NCBI RefSeq assembly: GCF_006345805.1
Contig: NC_043001.1
Coordinates: 95,356,001-95,420,000, forward strand
DNA: 64,000 nucleotides
Direction: 5' to 3'
Source of the DNA: Octopus sinensis
Lineage: Eukaryota
The stretch's first letter is position 1. Each line of letters starts with the position of its first letter. This document shows positions 1 to 14,220 of this stretch, one piece after another. A program made the translations under genes and the position numbers. A model generated the notes under the pieces. That model was given only the letters and a program-made list of their open reading frames with translations, had not been told where the DNA came from and searched no databases.

Positions 1-545
1 AATGCTTAGCGGTATTTCGTCTGCCGTTACGTTCTGAGTTCAAATTCCGCCGAGGTCAATTTTGCCTTTCATCCTTTGGTGGTCGATTAAATCAGTACCA
101 GTTACGCACTGGGGTCGATGAAATCGATTTAATCCGTTTGCCTGTCCATGTTTGTCATCTCTGTGTTTAGCCCCTATGTGGGTAGTAAAGAAATAGGTAT
201 TTCGTCTGCCGTTACGTTGTGAGTTCAAATTCCGCCGAGGTCGACTTTACCTTCATCCTTTCGGAGTCGATAAATTAAGTACCAGTTACGCACTGGGGTC
301 GATGTAATTGACTTAATACCTATGTCTGTAGTTGTTTGCCTCCTCTATGTTTAGCCCCTTGTGGGTAATAAAGAAATAGGTATTTTGTCTGCCGTTACGT
401 TCGGAGTTCAAATTCCGCCGAGGTCAACTTTGCCTTTCATCCTTTGGGGGTCGATTAAATAAGTACCAGTTACGCACTGGGGTCGATATAATCGACTTAA
501 TCCGTTTGTCTGTCCTTGTTTGTCGTCTCTGTGTTCAGCCCCTTT
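1..545 (+). mobile_element. SINE family A, three head-to-tail ~185 bp body units (head lies off the window edge)
   Basis: The unit GGTATTTCGTCTGCCGTTACG...GAGTTCAAATTCCGCCGAGGTC...CCTTTCATCCTTT...GGTCGAT...AAGAAATA occurs three times (starts ~11, ~196, ~379). The same body follows a GGCGGCGAGCTGGCAGAA head at 23203 and 46116. Confidence 0.85.
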
Positions 546-1813
546 TAGCCTCTCTGTGCTTAGCTGTCTTTTTTGTGTGTGAAATCTCCCCATACGTTAC
601 ACACTCGCGTGGTCGCACCAGTTAATCCTTTCTCCTCGCATCACCCAACGAACTTTTACGGATTCTCTACCTGGACTTTCTACTACACTTCACCTGCATC
701 TCTCCTGTCCATGGATTACACTGGACTCCTCCGTTGATGATAAATCATACTAAAGAGTAAGGAGTAACTAAATATATATATATATATATGTGTGTGTGTG
801 TTTGTGTGTGCCCCTGTGTGTGTATGCGTACATGTGTCTATGTATATACATCGGCCATAACACATTATTTCGTATATGTCTCAACCATATTCAAACCGAG
901 TTTAACATGCCGCATCAACACCTATACGTTACAATCCATACTGTTCATGTGATAAAACATGCAACCATCTGTATATGAGAATTTTACATAATCATTTATG
1001 GCCGTATAACCCATAATCAACTTCACCATTTTATGACACATTAGAATGCAATGTGTTTCAATTTCACAGATGCATGTACAGTTTATATTATTAGGCCCAC
1101 AACTTATTCAAATGCACCACTTCAGCATACTTGTCCTAAAGCAAGAATTCATTAATTACTATGTTTCTTTATCGTGTTCTTACTAAACTCAAGAGTTGTC
1201 TGTATAATGAATGCTTCGGGCTCGTCACAAATATTCTTAGAAAAATATAACATGATATTTGGTATGATAATTGTAATTTACGGCAACTGAATTGTCAATG
1301 GTTTTCAGGAAGCAGATATATAATATAAAGGTCTCCGGAAGCCACGTTAAATTATTGTCATTAAATATATATCCTACGTTTTTGTTCTTTATTTTTTAGT
1401 TGTTAATCATCAGTTTACTGTCTGAGAGGCGTGATTTGAATTGAACACAGAAGTAGTAGTTCTAGAAGAGTTCAGAAATATTAACAATATTAGATTTTGG
1501 CCAATGTACGAGGGGAGATAAAAAAGTGTATGCACTAACTCCAAAACTTTATTTATGTTGGTCGTACTGTCTTCAGCGCTTGTGCGCTCGAAGGACGAAT
1601 ACCTGTTTAGCAAAAACCGTAGTTTGAACTTGATCGCTCCGTGATCTTTCTATGTTATAGAGTAAAGTAACATATAACGATTTATGTTGCCTTCCTCGAT
1701 TTCAGCACGACGTGTATTTATAGTGAATGTATATTGTAATATGGTGTTTGACGATTTAAAGTCTATTCACAGCATATGGCATAGAAAATTCTTTTTCTTT
1801 TGCCCTTGTTTAA

Positions 1814-1887
<74 letters not shown>

Positions 1888-1895
1888 ATATATAT

Positions 1896-1942
<47 letters not shown>

Positions 1943-2397
1943 CAGACACTTATCTTGACTGGCGAAGGAAAAACTACTGTTTACATCTAGAATTGTACAA
2001 CTGCTCCGTGAAAGTATCGCTTAATAAGAATCGGAGATATTCATTTCTACTTATATCATAACTTGTCAGAATTGTCCAGGCGCAAAATCACTCTATCATT
2101 TCTACTCCATAGTGTTTTTCGAAACACAATTCCATGTAATAAACACCAGACCAAAAATATATTTCATAGTCACATAGAGTCATAAAATACCATAATAGTT
2201 AGATGTGTATATATTCATACATAAGTGGATATTCATATACACACAAAAGCTGCGTACACATGCACCGGAAAAATCACACACTCATATTCACATACGCAAT
2301 CACTCAAAGAATCACACACAAACACACAAACACAAACACACACACTCACACTCACTCACACACACACACACCCACATACACTCGCATATATACATGA

Positions 2398-2515
2398 AGA
2401 CGGCGAGCTGGCAGAAACGTTAGCGCGCCGGGTGAAACTATCAAGCAATCTTTCACTCTATATTTGTTATGTACTCCTGCACATTTACACATACATACAT
2501 AACATATAATCAACT

Positions 2516-2546
<31 letters not shown>

Positions 2547-2790
2547 TTTGTGGTATTTCGTACGCCGCTGCGTTCTGAGTTAAAATTCCGCCGAGGTCGA
2601 CTTTACCTTTCATCCTTTCGGGGTCGATAAATTAAGTACCAATGGCGCTCTGGGGTAGATGTAATCGACTTTATCCGCTTATCTGTACTATTTTGTCCCC
2701 TCTATGTTTAGCCATTGTGAGCAATACAGAAATCGTTATTTCGTTTGTCTCATATTCGGAGTTGAAATTCCACCAGGTCCATTTTGCTTA
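2398..2790 (+). mobile_element. SINE family A copy split by a CA-microsatellite-containing insert
   Basis: Head GACGGCGAGCTGGCAGAAACGTTAGC at ~2399; body resumes at ~2550 (GGTATTTCGTACGCCGCTGCGTTCTGAG...GGGGTCGATAAATTAAGTACC). Confidence 0.75.
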
Positions 2791-2823
2791 TATATATATA
2801 TACATACATACATACATACATAC

Positions 2824-2867
<44 letters not shown>

Positions 2868-2869
2868 TT

Positions 2870-3290
2870 TAATTAAAGCAGTCTACCAAAAATGTGACCT
2901 CTTCACACGCGTATGTTTTGCTTCTTCTGAAAAACGATACATCTTTCAATTCCTTTAAATACTCCTCCACAGCTTCCTTAGTTGTGCTCTCTATTCTTTT
3001 AGCCTCTGATGGGGTCAACGTCTGTACCATCTCAAGATATTTTCAAAATTTCTTAGCCATGTCTTTATTCCAATGCATTTCGTATTGATTCAGAAAGTCT
3101 CGAACGTCGGAAGCACGTCTCCCTGTCGCTATCGCATATGTCTTCACTTTCCCCGTCTCAGGAACGCTCACCAAACAATGGCGGCGTTATACTAAAAAAC
3201 TGCTGCAAATGCAGCTCAAAACGACTCAATCAACAACAAAACCGCAGCGAAACGAAAACACGTCCGACAATAACATTTTTCAACTGTTGA
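2870..3290 (-). pseudogene. 5' fragment of a retrotransposon ORF1 related to the element at 60571-63580
   Basis: Minus-strand translation ...MAKKF*KYLEMVQTLTPSEAKRIESTTKEAVEEYLKELKDVSFFRRSKTYACEEVTF aligns by eye with LSTSSKKIEVAPIEAIEECLENVKRFTTFHTRERKYDTVEVRF of ORF 61937..62248. Confidence 0.55.
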
Positions 3291-3412
3291 ATAAACGGGT
3301 TTTCAAAATTTTTTTTAAATACTGTGAAAAACATTTGGTTGACATTTTGGTTTAAAAATGGAAAAGAAAATAAGTAAATCCTGGATGAACATTTATTTAT
3401 AAACTTTATAAT

Positions 3413-3840
3413 TGTAAGGTGGAAGCGAAAAGGGAATTCGCGCTTTCGCCTCGGAGGGAGTCTAGAAATTATGTAAAATGAAAAGATTTAAAGGGAAAGG
3501 AATCCACGGCTTCATCTCGCAGCGGGAGCGAGATGGCCGTCTCATTTGTATTGTAATTTTATTCATTTCACATTCATCTTTCTATGTGTTTTTTGTTCTC
3601 GCATGTCTTTGTATGTCTCCTCTGTAATTAGGCCGTGTGTCGGTAATAAAGAATCAAGCTAGCAATGACTCGGAAACTAGTCCCTGGATGTTGGCTTTGC
3701 TCGGTGGGGGTGCTTGTCTCCACTTCGAAAACATAAGGACACGGGAAATATGCCAAGTCCAACTGAAAATGGTGTTACCTATGGCTAAATAACAGTAGCA
3801 TGCTTCCTGTTTATGGAACTGTCACATTAAGTTAGCAACA
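3413..3840 (+). mobile_element. Possible solo-LTR-like dispersed repeat
   Basis: Starts TGT, has an internal AATAAA (~3644) and ends near ...ACA. Its 3' half (GGGGTGCTTGTCTCCACTTCG...AGGACAC...GGAACTGTCACATTAAGTT) is homologous to ~24640-24775. No TSD found. Confidence 0.4.
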
Positions 3841-4036
3841 TACTATCATTTTAATTTCATGTTATTACATAACTGACTTCACAATTTGGGTATTCAGAAC
3901 TTATTGAAAACTCCTAAAAGCGAGATCCTGCTACATACTTTGTATTGTTGTTATTGGATAAACGAAGCAAATATGAGAACGGAAGCGAGGGATAAGCACC
4001 GCTTTCCAGGGAATTACTGTGTACATCAGATAGTAA

Positions 4037-4135
<99 letters not shown>

Positions 4136-5179
4136 CATGCAAAACTGTTTCTTCAATTGACGTAGTGCAATAGAAGTGTACAAAGGGAGTTCGCTTTGGT
4201 TTACCACTAAACCTCCTGGTTAAACAATAAGTGGAAGATGTGGTGTTGTCTATCAATGATGGCTAAAACTGGTTCCTTGTGGAGTGGGTAGTTACACATT
4301 TAGAAAATGATGACAGAGTAAAATATTTCGCATCGTTCTTGAACATTTAATTTATAATATAAACATAGTGATGCATACGTAAAGTCTCTCCCTCCCACTC
4401 TCTCTGTCTCTCTCTCTATATATATATACGCACACATGCGTGTATGTCTTTGTGTGTGTGAATGTATGTTCACCTACATAAAGATACAAACATCTCCATG
4501 TATGGTAAATCGCGCCAGCCAATTTTCCCTTTCAATACCTATATCTCTCTTTCACGTTTATATTCGTTAGTAAGACTGTGGGCGTTTCAAAAATGCCACC
4601 GTTATTTTTACTTATTTGTGCTTCACACGCTGAAGAAAGTCAACTTGCAAATTCAGTATTTTTGTGTGAAAAGAAATGCACTAAAATTTCAAATATATAT
4701 TTATTTCAAACACTATTTGAAATGCAAATATAGGAAAAAAACTGTTACAGTAATGTAATATAATACGGTTTATGAATATCTCCGACCTTTTGCACGTATT
4801 TATATTTTTGTTATACGGCAGAGTTGAAAGTATGTCAGTCTTAACAAATAAAAATATATGAATGACATTTGTGCCTTTGACTTGAGAGAAAAAAAAAAGT
4901 TGAAGATAAATTGGCAGAAAATTTATATATGTGTAAACATTTAAAACGAGTTTCAAATATACATTGATCTTTTTCTCTGATTGTATCTAAATGTACATAT
5001 TCTCTATTTATTTGATCATAAGATTGAAAAGCTTAAACATGGCTGTATTAAATGTATAATGCTGCGCTACATATTTCATATTCGATAGTACAATTGCATT
5101 TCAGAAGCCGTTCAGAATAAATCCTTCCTGAATGCGAAAAATAGTCAGTCAGTTTTAAGAGTAGGACAAATGTAGGGAG

Positions 5180-5560
5180 TGAAGACGCATGACCTATTGG
5201 TCAAGAAATTCGTTTCCGAATCGCAAGATCATGAGTTCAACTACCAGCGACACGTTGTGTCCTTAAGCACCACAATTTATTTCACGCTGCCCCAGTCCAC
5301 TCAGCCTGCAATAAGGAGTAGTACCGGTATTTCCAAGGGTCAGCCTTGTCACATTGTGTGTCACAAGGAATCTCTTTGAGAATTACGTTAAAGGTGCATG
5401 TGTTTCTGAAGTACTCAGCCACTTGCATATTAATTTCACGAGCAAGCTATTCCGTTGTTCGCATCAACTGGAATCATCAGCGTCGTAACCGACGGATTGT
5501 GAAATGGAAGGAAAATCTGCAGAAAACGAAAATGTAAATTTTCTGACGCACACATGGCGA
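5180..5560 (+). mobile_element. Old, diverged SINE family C copy
   Basis: Degenerate tRNA-like head GAAGACGCATGACCTATTGG, central TTTATTTCACGCTGCCCCAGTCCACTCAGC, and GAGAATTACGTTAAAGGTGCATGTG shared with 44342-44874. Confidence 0.6.
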
Positions 5561-5931
5561 TAATCATGAATGCTAATGCTCAGAGACATCAGTGCCAGAC
5601 ATACAAACTATGGACACAAGTGTAAATAACTGCATACATGTCGTTTCTGCATATTTGTTGATGCCACAGATAAACATATCCATTTGCATGTTCATGTATT
5701 CGTGTGTGTGCTTTTGTGTGTGTTTGTGTGTGTATGTGTGTGTGTTCGTGTGCACGAGCCTCTGTGTGTGTATTCGTGCTCAACCACCATTTCAAGACCA
5801 GTGATGTTATGGTTACTTCCCTGAAAAGTAACAGTCCACTGAAAGGGAGCGATAGAATAATTACCCGGCATGTAATGATAATATATATGTATATATAGAT
5901 ATACGTGTGCGTGCATATCTGTACATGTCTA

Positions 5932-6180
5932 TTACGTTGTTCCGAATATAATGGCCGAGTTCAATACATATCTTTATTCTGGAAAAATTAATAACAGAAA
6001 TATTTTCATTGGTCAAAGTACGAGCCGTGAATATCTATGCATCTCTGCCATCGATCGACGAGGTTATTTATGCCTCGCTGATAAAAAAACGTATTGGGTT
6101 TGATACTAAGAAATCACCTCCGAATCTTGGCGGTGTCGCGGTCGTACATTCTTTTGTCACTTCTACCGTAGTGTCCTCTC
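5932..6180 (-). mobile_element. 3' end of a mariner, same family as 29235-30524
   Basis: TA + TTACGTTGTTCCGAATATAATGGC matches the TIR of the 29 kb mariner. The minus strand reads ...YQRGINNLVDRWQRC, matching that element's transposase C-terminus. Confidence 0.8.
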
Positions 6181-7221
6181 AGAAGCAACTGCATGGAATT
6201 TCCCGTTAGTCTCTCAAATGTGAGTATCATCAATCTTCTTCTGCAAAAGAGCCACAACTATTCAGTTTGTAGACACAGCTATAACGATCTAATTTACCGC
6301 TTAACCAATTGTTTCCTTTATAATATAATTTGAATTGTTATTCACATTTGCTTTTTCTGAACGTTCTTTTTTCACCAGAAGTATTTCCATGGCAAATGAA
6401 TCAGCTAGTAGACGGTTATATTATACATTTCTTTACTTCGAGGAATACGCTAACTGACTATTTATTTTGCTGCAAAACCAAAAATACATTACGGTTCACT
6501 AACTTCAGAAGAAGGTCATATATATATAAATATGAATATTGATAATCACGCATTAAACTCAATTCAGTGTTTAAAATTTTATCGCGTTAATTGAAAGGAA
6601 TGTATTACAGTCATAGTATTATCTGAACCCCTAGAAGTGGTAATATCAATGCGGTTCGTGCTTGGATATTTAATATTGAATTAATCACCTGCGTCGATAA
6701 GATATTCAACTTCAACTACGCTCTGTACTGGGCATGATGCTGGTGAGAATGCATACCGTATAACATTTAATCATCAATTAAAATTCTTTCCATCATATTT
6801 CGAAATATAAAATAACTACGATCCAACTGCTAATTACCAACAGCGGCTGCGGGAAATTCATTTCCTAGGGCAAACTCAAAGTCCTATAATTAAAAGGCTC
6901 GAATATCGCCATATACTGCACATATAAGCTTCCCATATAACATGGAATAATCGAGTTAATTAGGGACATACACAATGATCGGAATTAAGGTGTGCTGGCA
7001 CAGGTCCTGTGAAAACATAGGAAAATGATCATGCACTTTCTAAATTTTATTTTCTTCATAACATATATCTCAAAGTAAAATAATTAATAGTGCAACACAA
7101 TTAAGATGGTATATGCACACATACACATAAATAGGTACACATATATATATGTATGTAGGAGTGCGTGGGCGTGTGTACATATACATGCGTTTGTGCGTGC
7201 GCGCATGCAACTACGTGTCAG

Positions 7222-7316
<95 letters not shown>

Positions 7317-7592
7317 TATATGCACGTGTATGTGTGTAATGTAACAACGAGCGGGAGAGAGAACGGAAATTGAAAATGAATGGAGGAGATGTGGTGAGCA
7401 AAGAATTACACCTCAAATATCCTAATGAAATGAATGCAGATAATTAAGTTAAAGTGTGTGTTAATGAAAGCACGCATAAAATTAATGAATGATGTGATGA
7501 CATAACGCTGGTCGTTAGCGACGAAAGAGATGACTCGGAGAAAATATCAATAAATACAAAAATTAGTTTCATTATTTCCATGGTTGGAGAAC

Positions 7593-7623
<31 letters not shown>

Positions 7624-7659
7624 TATATATATATATGCGTGTGTGTGTGTGTGTGTATA

Positions 7660-7746
<87 letters not shown>

Positions 7747-8233
7747 ATAATGATGCAAATAATGTACTTTATTGTCCTTAATATCAAAAGCGATATATTT
7801 CATGTTCAATGAAAATTAATAACTCGCAACATAACCATTCAAATACAGATATTCTTTCCAATACGAAATATATTTTACTTAATCCCACTAGAATATGAAT
7901 CTGGGAATGTGTGAGCACCGAATTCATAAATGTGTTTTCTGTTCAGCCTCCATTATGGAAGAACTTTTGCAGCAACTAAACAGTAGAATGAAAACCATAT
8001 AAATCTCTCCGGGAGAGGCCTACGTATTCATGCAGGTCAGGTTAGAGTCCTGTAACACAAGTTTTAGATTTAAAGATGTGGAACATTTCACATGGAAATA
8101 TTTATTAAGTTGGTTCATGAGGTCCCAAGCATGTCAAAATTGTACATTATCGATCTCTTGTTTATGTTTTCAAATTTCGAAATATATAAGAGAATTTATG
8201 ACTAATTGCTTTGGCACAAATAAATACATCCCG

Positions 8234-8304
<71 letters not shown>

Positions 8305-8596
8305 TATATATATACACACATATATATATATATATACATTTGAAACATTCCTGTCACAACCTGGGACCTTGAATACTGCTCAAATGCAAGAAAGTATACT
8401 AGTCCCTACATATTTGATATTCAATATTTCATTTAATTTAATTTTACTATATATACAACATATACTATTTATACTATATATCCTATATTCTACATTAATA
8501 TTATAAAGAATATAAATAAAACATAATAAACAGAGTTCGAAATACATTGAATAATATATATCCCTCTATACACAATCATACAAACCCCTTTTTATT

Positions 8597-8649
<53 letters not shown>

Positions 8650-8922
8650 GTGTTGTGTGGTATATCTTTGAATTAAGAAACACGTGTGCAGCTTCATCGT
8701 ATTACAAGCATTTCGTTGAGAATTGTCACTAATATACATGTTTCCCCTTTATAGGTATGGGCCATTTTGTAGACGATTCAGTTTTATAGTCTTATCTAGG
8801 ATTATCTACTATTTCTTCTTTATATTTTAGTCAGAAAGAGATTTCAACATACACACTCAAACACACATATTATAAGCAGGTTCTCTATACCCCTCCCCAA
8901 TACATAAACGCACAGACACACT

Positions 8923-8992
<70 letters not shown>

Positions 8993-8995
<3 letters not shown>

Positions 8996-9152
8996 CTCCG
9001 TCTCCCCTTCTTTGGATCTTTCCTTTTCCTATGTTTTTGACGAAGAGCTCCGCTCGAAACCTTAAACCATCCTTCTTTCCTTCCTAGGCGTCCAATAACA
9101 CTATATTTGTTCCATGTCCTCGCGTTGTTGTTAAACTTGTTTGGATTAACTA
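8993..9152 (+). mobile_element. Short Penelope-type element, family 1, embedded in (TA)n
   Basis: Homologous to 19982-20178 and 56226-56431 (…GACGAAGAGCTCCGCTCGAAAC…GCGTCCAATAA…TTTGGATTAAC), flanked by TA tracts. Confidence 0.75.
9033..9067 (+). ncRNA. Degenerate minimal type I hammerhead motif
   Basis: GTTT TTGACGA A GAGC TCC GCTC GAAAC C T T AAAC: stems I and II intact; C3>T and G16.2>C relative to the family consensus. Confidence 0.55.
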
Positions 9153-10910
9153 TGTATATATATATATACGATTGGAATTCTCTGTTAACGAACACACAAT
9201 TTACATCCTTGTAACAATAGATATTTGGTATCCTATCCTTCGCCATTAGAAGGAGAACAACTTTTCGGTGCCAGTGTAACAAACGCCGATTTAGTTGTCA
9301 GTTTCACCGTTGGAGAATAAATGGTTAAGTGAATGTCTGCGAAATAGATTAATGCACGAGAGAAGTGACTATATTAAATAGCTATGGTTTGAGGAAAATC
9401 TTTCCATGGCGACACAGAAGCTACTAATATTAAACTTAATTTTCAACTAAAATATTTACATGCATATCTCTTCTGGCTATACGTAGGCCATTCAACCATA
9501 TTGGATCAGCATAAGAAGCATATTAGATTTTAAATTATTGAATAAAATGTATTCTCTTTAAATGTGTCATGAGCGCTGTTTCATACCAAAGCGGCAATCG
9601 GTTGCATTTCGGATTTTACAAGACGTTTACAGCTGCTTTAAAAATTGATTGCTACATAGTTAAACATATTTTTACATTTGCATGATTCTGTATTTGTTTG
9701 GGTTTGTGTGCTTGCATATGTGCGCATGTGTTTCCGTGTGTGAGTGTGAATAAAGAGAAAAAGTCGAGATAATTGATAATGAGGAAGATGGCGGCAGATT
9801 TAGATATACATATTAAACAGTAGATATATTTTCGTTACTTACAAGTGGCATTTTTTAGTCAACTATTTATTGCAGCTCTAAATTTCTTTTCCATTTTCAA
9901 TTACCGAATTCCATGGTCTCAGAAATTAATACATTATATCTAGAATTTAAGTTCGACCGTCGGTGAACATCATCAATTATCTATATGGACAACTGAGGAA
10001 TTGAGCTGTGAAGACAATTTGAGTACCCTCTAAACTACGCTCTCTCTTCGGTTACCATCAATCCAGTAGGGTAATAGTTCAAGACGAACCGGGAGGTAAA
10101 TGTTGAAGTCTTATTTGCCTTATCTAGTACTGAGCAATACTGGTTGATATCCAAATTCGCACTTCACAAGATCCTGGAAGCTCCCGGAATGGGGCCTCGC
10201 AACTGGATACAGTTTTAAACCATACATAGAAGAATAACTAATAATATTTTAATGCAATGAGCTATATAATATTGAGGCACATATATTTTGTTGTCGATCG
10301 TCAAAATACAAAAAGATAACGCCAACATTACTAAACTGAAGTGAATATAAAACTGCTTTGAGAATAACTTATCACTAACATTTTAGTGAGCAATGATAGT
10401 AAATATTTTAGGACAATAATTTGTCTACATTATCATAATGAAATGAATAAATTTCAAGAATTTAATGAGTTTTCTGCAATCAGTTATTATTCAGATATTC
10501 AGATGAATCTGCGCCTTGTTTTTCTTTTAAAGCATCAAAGTTTCTATAGAATTTCATTTAGTACATAATGTATTCATATAACGAGGATTCGCTTTATTAT
10601 TGTGTGTTCATTGATTTGTAATAACTATTACCATTTCAATGTAATTTCATTGTGTAAGTGTGATACGAGTGTATGCGTGTGTATTAGTGTGAGCCACGTT
10701 GTTAATATTTCAAATGATGCTCAGTTATGTTATATTTTGTTCCTTATTAACATAAAGTATTTCTCGAGAAAAAAACATACGAGGTAAACGCAGTTATTTT
10801 GCTCAACCTAGAAATTGCTTATCTTGGTCATCAATGCATACTTACGTTCCAGTGTATATGCATAAGTGTGTGTGTATGTGTGTATGTGTATATACACACA
10901 CATATAGTTT

Positions 10911-11025
<115 letters not shown>

Positions 11026-11152
11026 GTGAGTGTGTACTGACAAATTTTCTGCGCAGCTGCATGGCACTAGGTTCAATCTCACTCAGCAAGGTGTCTTCTA
11101 ATATAACAAGTCGACAAAGGCACTGTGTAAAATTGTTATTTTCGTATGTACG

Positions 11153-11257
<105 letters not shown>

Positions 11258-11271
11258 GATGCGTGTGTATG

Positions 11272-11304
<33 letters not shown>

Positions 11305-11334
11305 GGGGGGGTGATAGGGTGAGGTATATAGTTG

Positions 11335-11460
11335 TTATTTACAGAAAATCACAAGACGAAGTGAGGTGTATATACAACGATCGGGTGTATTAGTTTGACG
11401 CTCGGGAAGGTGAGGACGTGTTTTACGGTTGGAGTATACAAGTATTAAAGAATGAAATTA
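11335..11460 (-). mobile_element. Highly diverged Penelope-type element, family 2
   Basis: ACAAGACGAAGTGAGGTG...GTATTAGTTTGACGCTCGGGAAG matches 14240-14300. Confidence 0.5.
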
Positions 11461-11568
11461 TAAACAGATGAACGACTTCTTCAAGTCAGATTATGGCTTT
11501 CATATATACTTTTTAAAACATTGATGCTAGAATGTACAAATTATATATCAACATATATATATAATATA

Positions 11569-11622
<54 letters not shown>

Positions 11623-11973
11623 CAATTAAAACAGTCTTCCCAAGATATACGTATGGGTGCATTTTTGCAGCATATCTCCAGATGAGAGTTTTCAAATTAA
11701 CAACGAATTATTCGGTGCCTTAACAGAACTTTCCACTCACGTTACGTTAGATATAAAGATTGACTCTTAATGTTAACTGCTTCTTTTTTATAATCATGTA
11801 TATACACACACACAGACACACACATTGATCGATAGAAAGACAGATAGATAGATTCATACATACGTACGTACATATGAATGTGTACAGATATATGTACATA
11901 TACACGTATATATATATAAATATCCATACACACAGAAACAACGTCACACATACATATATATATATATATATAA

Positions 11974-12020
<47 letters not shown>

Positions 12021-12582
12021 ATATATATGTATACATATATAAAGATGCATACACACACACACATTTATATATATACACACACAATCACACAGATATATAC
12101 ATACATAATGCCTCGTATGAAGAATACTTATCATATACATTGTCATGTCTGGATTTTATTTCAGGCACTTTAAGACTATCGGCTTACAAAGGATATAACT
12201 TATTGTGGATGGTTTCGAGGTATAACCAAGGAATAATGTTTACACTTGGTTAGATATACGGTACCATCTAAGCTAATTGTGCATAATATTTTTATCAATA
12301 CGGATTGCTGGTCGCTCGAGGAAGATAGAGAAAATGTAAGCTGCTTTCAATTAATTGTGTATTAGCTCACAGATACTGAAAAGAGAACTGTTTGAATAAA
12401 ATGCAATATAAACCACAGGAAAAGTTGCAATTAAAGAGTACCAAACAGGAGTAATGTAAAAGAAAGGAAAATAAATAAATGATGTTCCATTAAATGAAAT
12501 GCAGTCTCACATATATAACAAGATATTTCAATATTGTGATTCTCGATGTAAAGTGAAATGGTGTATGTGAATATAAGCATGA

Positions 12583-12625
<43 letters not shown>

Positions 12626-12650
12626 TACACACCGATATACAAATAGAAAG

Positions 12651-12725
<75 letters not shown>

Positions 12726-13704
12726 ATAATATATATATATATATCATACGTATATGAAGTATATAAAATACATGTGTATTGCATATATATATAAATGTAT
12801 TCAATGTAACCATGTCTGTAGGATAAAAAGTTGGTAACATTCTTTATTCTAAGTAACTTCATTTTAATCACATGCTATATCTACATATCTTGCAGTAATT
12901 CCTGCTCCTATAGGCCGAGGGCCTGACATCTTACTGCAGAATCTGAAATGTTGAAATGTAAAGTCGACGTCCCCGGCTTTGTAAGTTAGAACATAAAACT
13001 AAAAGATACGCCGCTATGCATTCTGGCTTGTGTAATAAGGATTCTGCCACCTTGCCGCTTTAATCACAATGAAATACCATTATACGCCCTAATTATGTTC
13101 CAAATAGTCTCCCAACATAAACTTTAAGTTTCACATGTCATAAATGATGGGTTTCATTACTGCTAATGATGACACTTTTAGAATTGAAGTACTTGACATG
13201 CCAGACACTACATCTAAAAGATATGCTTTCTCGCCAGATTAACAAAACATGTCGGTGTTTCACGAAATATACCCCTCATATAAGTTAAGTTTGAGTAGCG
13301 ATTGTACAACAAAGAACGACTGTGGTCCACGCTATTTAGTACACAATTCTTGAAAATCACACTTCTATATCCGGTCCATAAATGCGACGCCTCCATTCTC
13401 AGACATCTGTTCTATAACAAAACGGTCTCTGCTTCTCTATCCTGGCTAGTATTGTATAATTTCGGTTTATGTACAATCGTATCGCAATCTTCCGATTATC
13501 CTATCACGTATTTTCTGTTCTACTTCAACGTAACGTAACAAATCACATAGGCCAGTTCTTCCATAGAGAACTCAGTATCTGCTCTCACCTCTCTGTCTGC
13601 ACTATTTGTGTTTCTTCCATTTTTTTAGGTATTTGATTACAATAAATGGAGATGTACGTAATTGCATAGCAAGTGGCCTTGTCTGATGTCGTGTACTGGA
13701 GAGA

Positions 13705-13985
13705 AAACAATTACAGCGTGGAAGCTATTTATAAACCATATAAGAAACACACAAAAACCGTTAGATTCACTTCAACATTTAAATTTAATTTGCCAAAATA
13801 TTTTCGTCCCTTTAAGACCACGACCTGTTCACTGACAAAATTCCGTGCTGCATCTCAGTGAACAGGTCTCGGTTTGAAAGCGACGAAAATATTTTGGCAA
13901 ATTAAATTTAAACGTTGCAGTGAATCTAACGGTTTCTGTGTGTTTCTTAAATGGCTTATTAACACCTTCCACGCAGCAATTGTTT
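13705..13985. mobile_element. Fold-back MITE-like element (~130 bp arms, 19 nt loop)
   Basis: The left arm AAACAATTACAGCGTGGAAG...GACCTGTTCACTGA is the imperfect reverse complement of the right arm TCAGTGAACAGGTC...CTTCCACGCAGCAATTGTTT. Confidence 0.85.
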
Positions 13986-14220
13986 ACAATAAACGGATTG
14001 TGTTTCTTATCAATCTCTCCATTCAAAACGTACGATAAGTTGCAAAAGTTGTTTTAATAGCATACAGATATATATAACCATACAACAACAAACAGACATA
14101 TGCACAAACACTCGTTGATGCACCCCCCCACACACACACGCACACACACACACACACACACACAAATGGTCACTTAATACGCACGCACACACACAAGAAC
14201 ATGTAAATATGTAAGTTTAT

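Noticed and set aside
1-545. CRISPR-like array or hammerhead retrozyme
   Set aside because: The units are contiguous SINE bodies without unique spacers, the context is eukaryotic, and no CUGANGA core was found on either strand.
13214-13620. Another ORF1-like remnant (minus strand, ...ARIEKQRPFCY...)
   Set aside because: The similarity to the knuckle-proximal region is too weak and interrupted to support.
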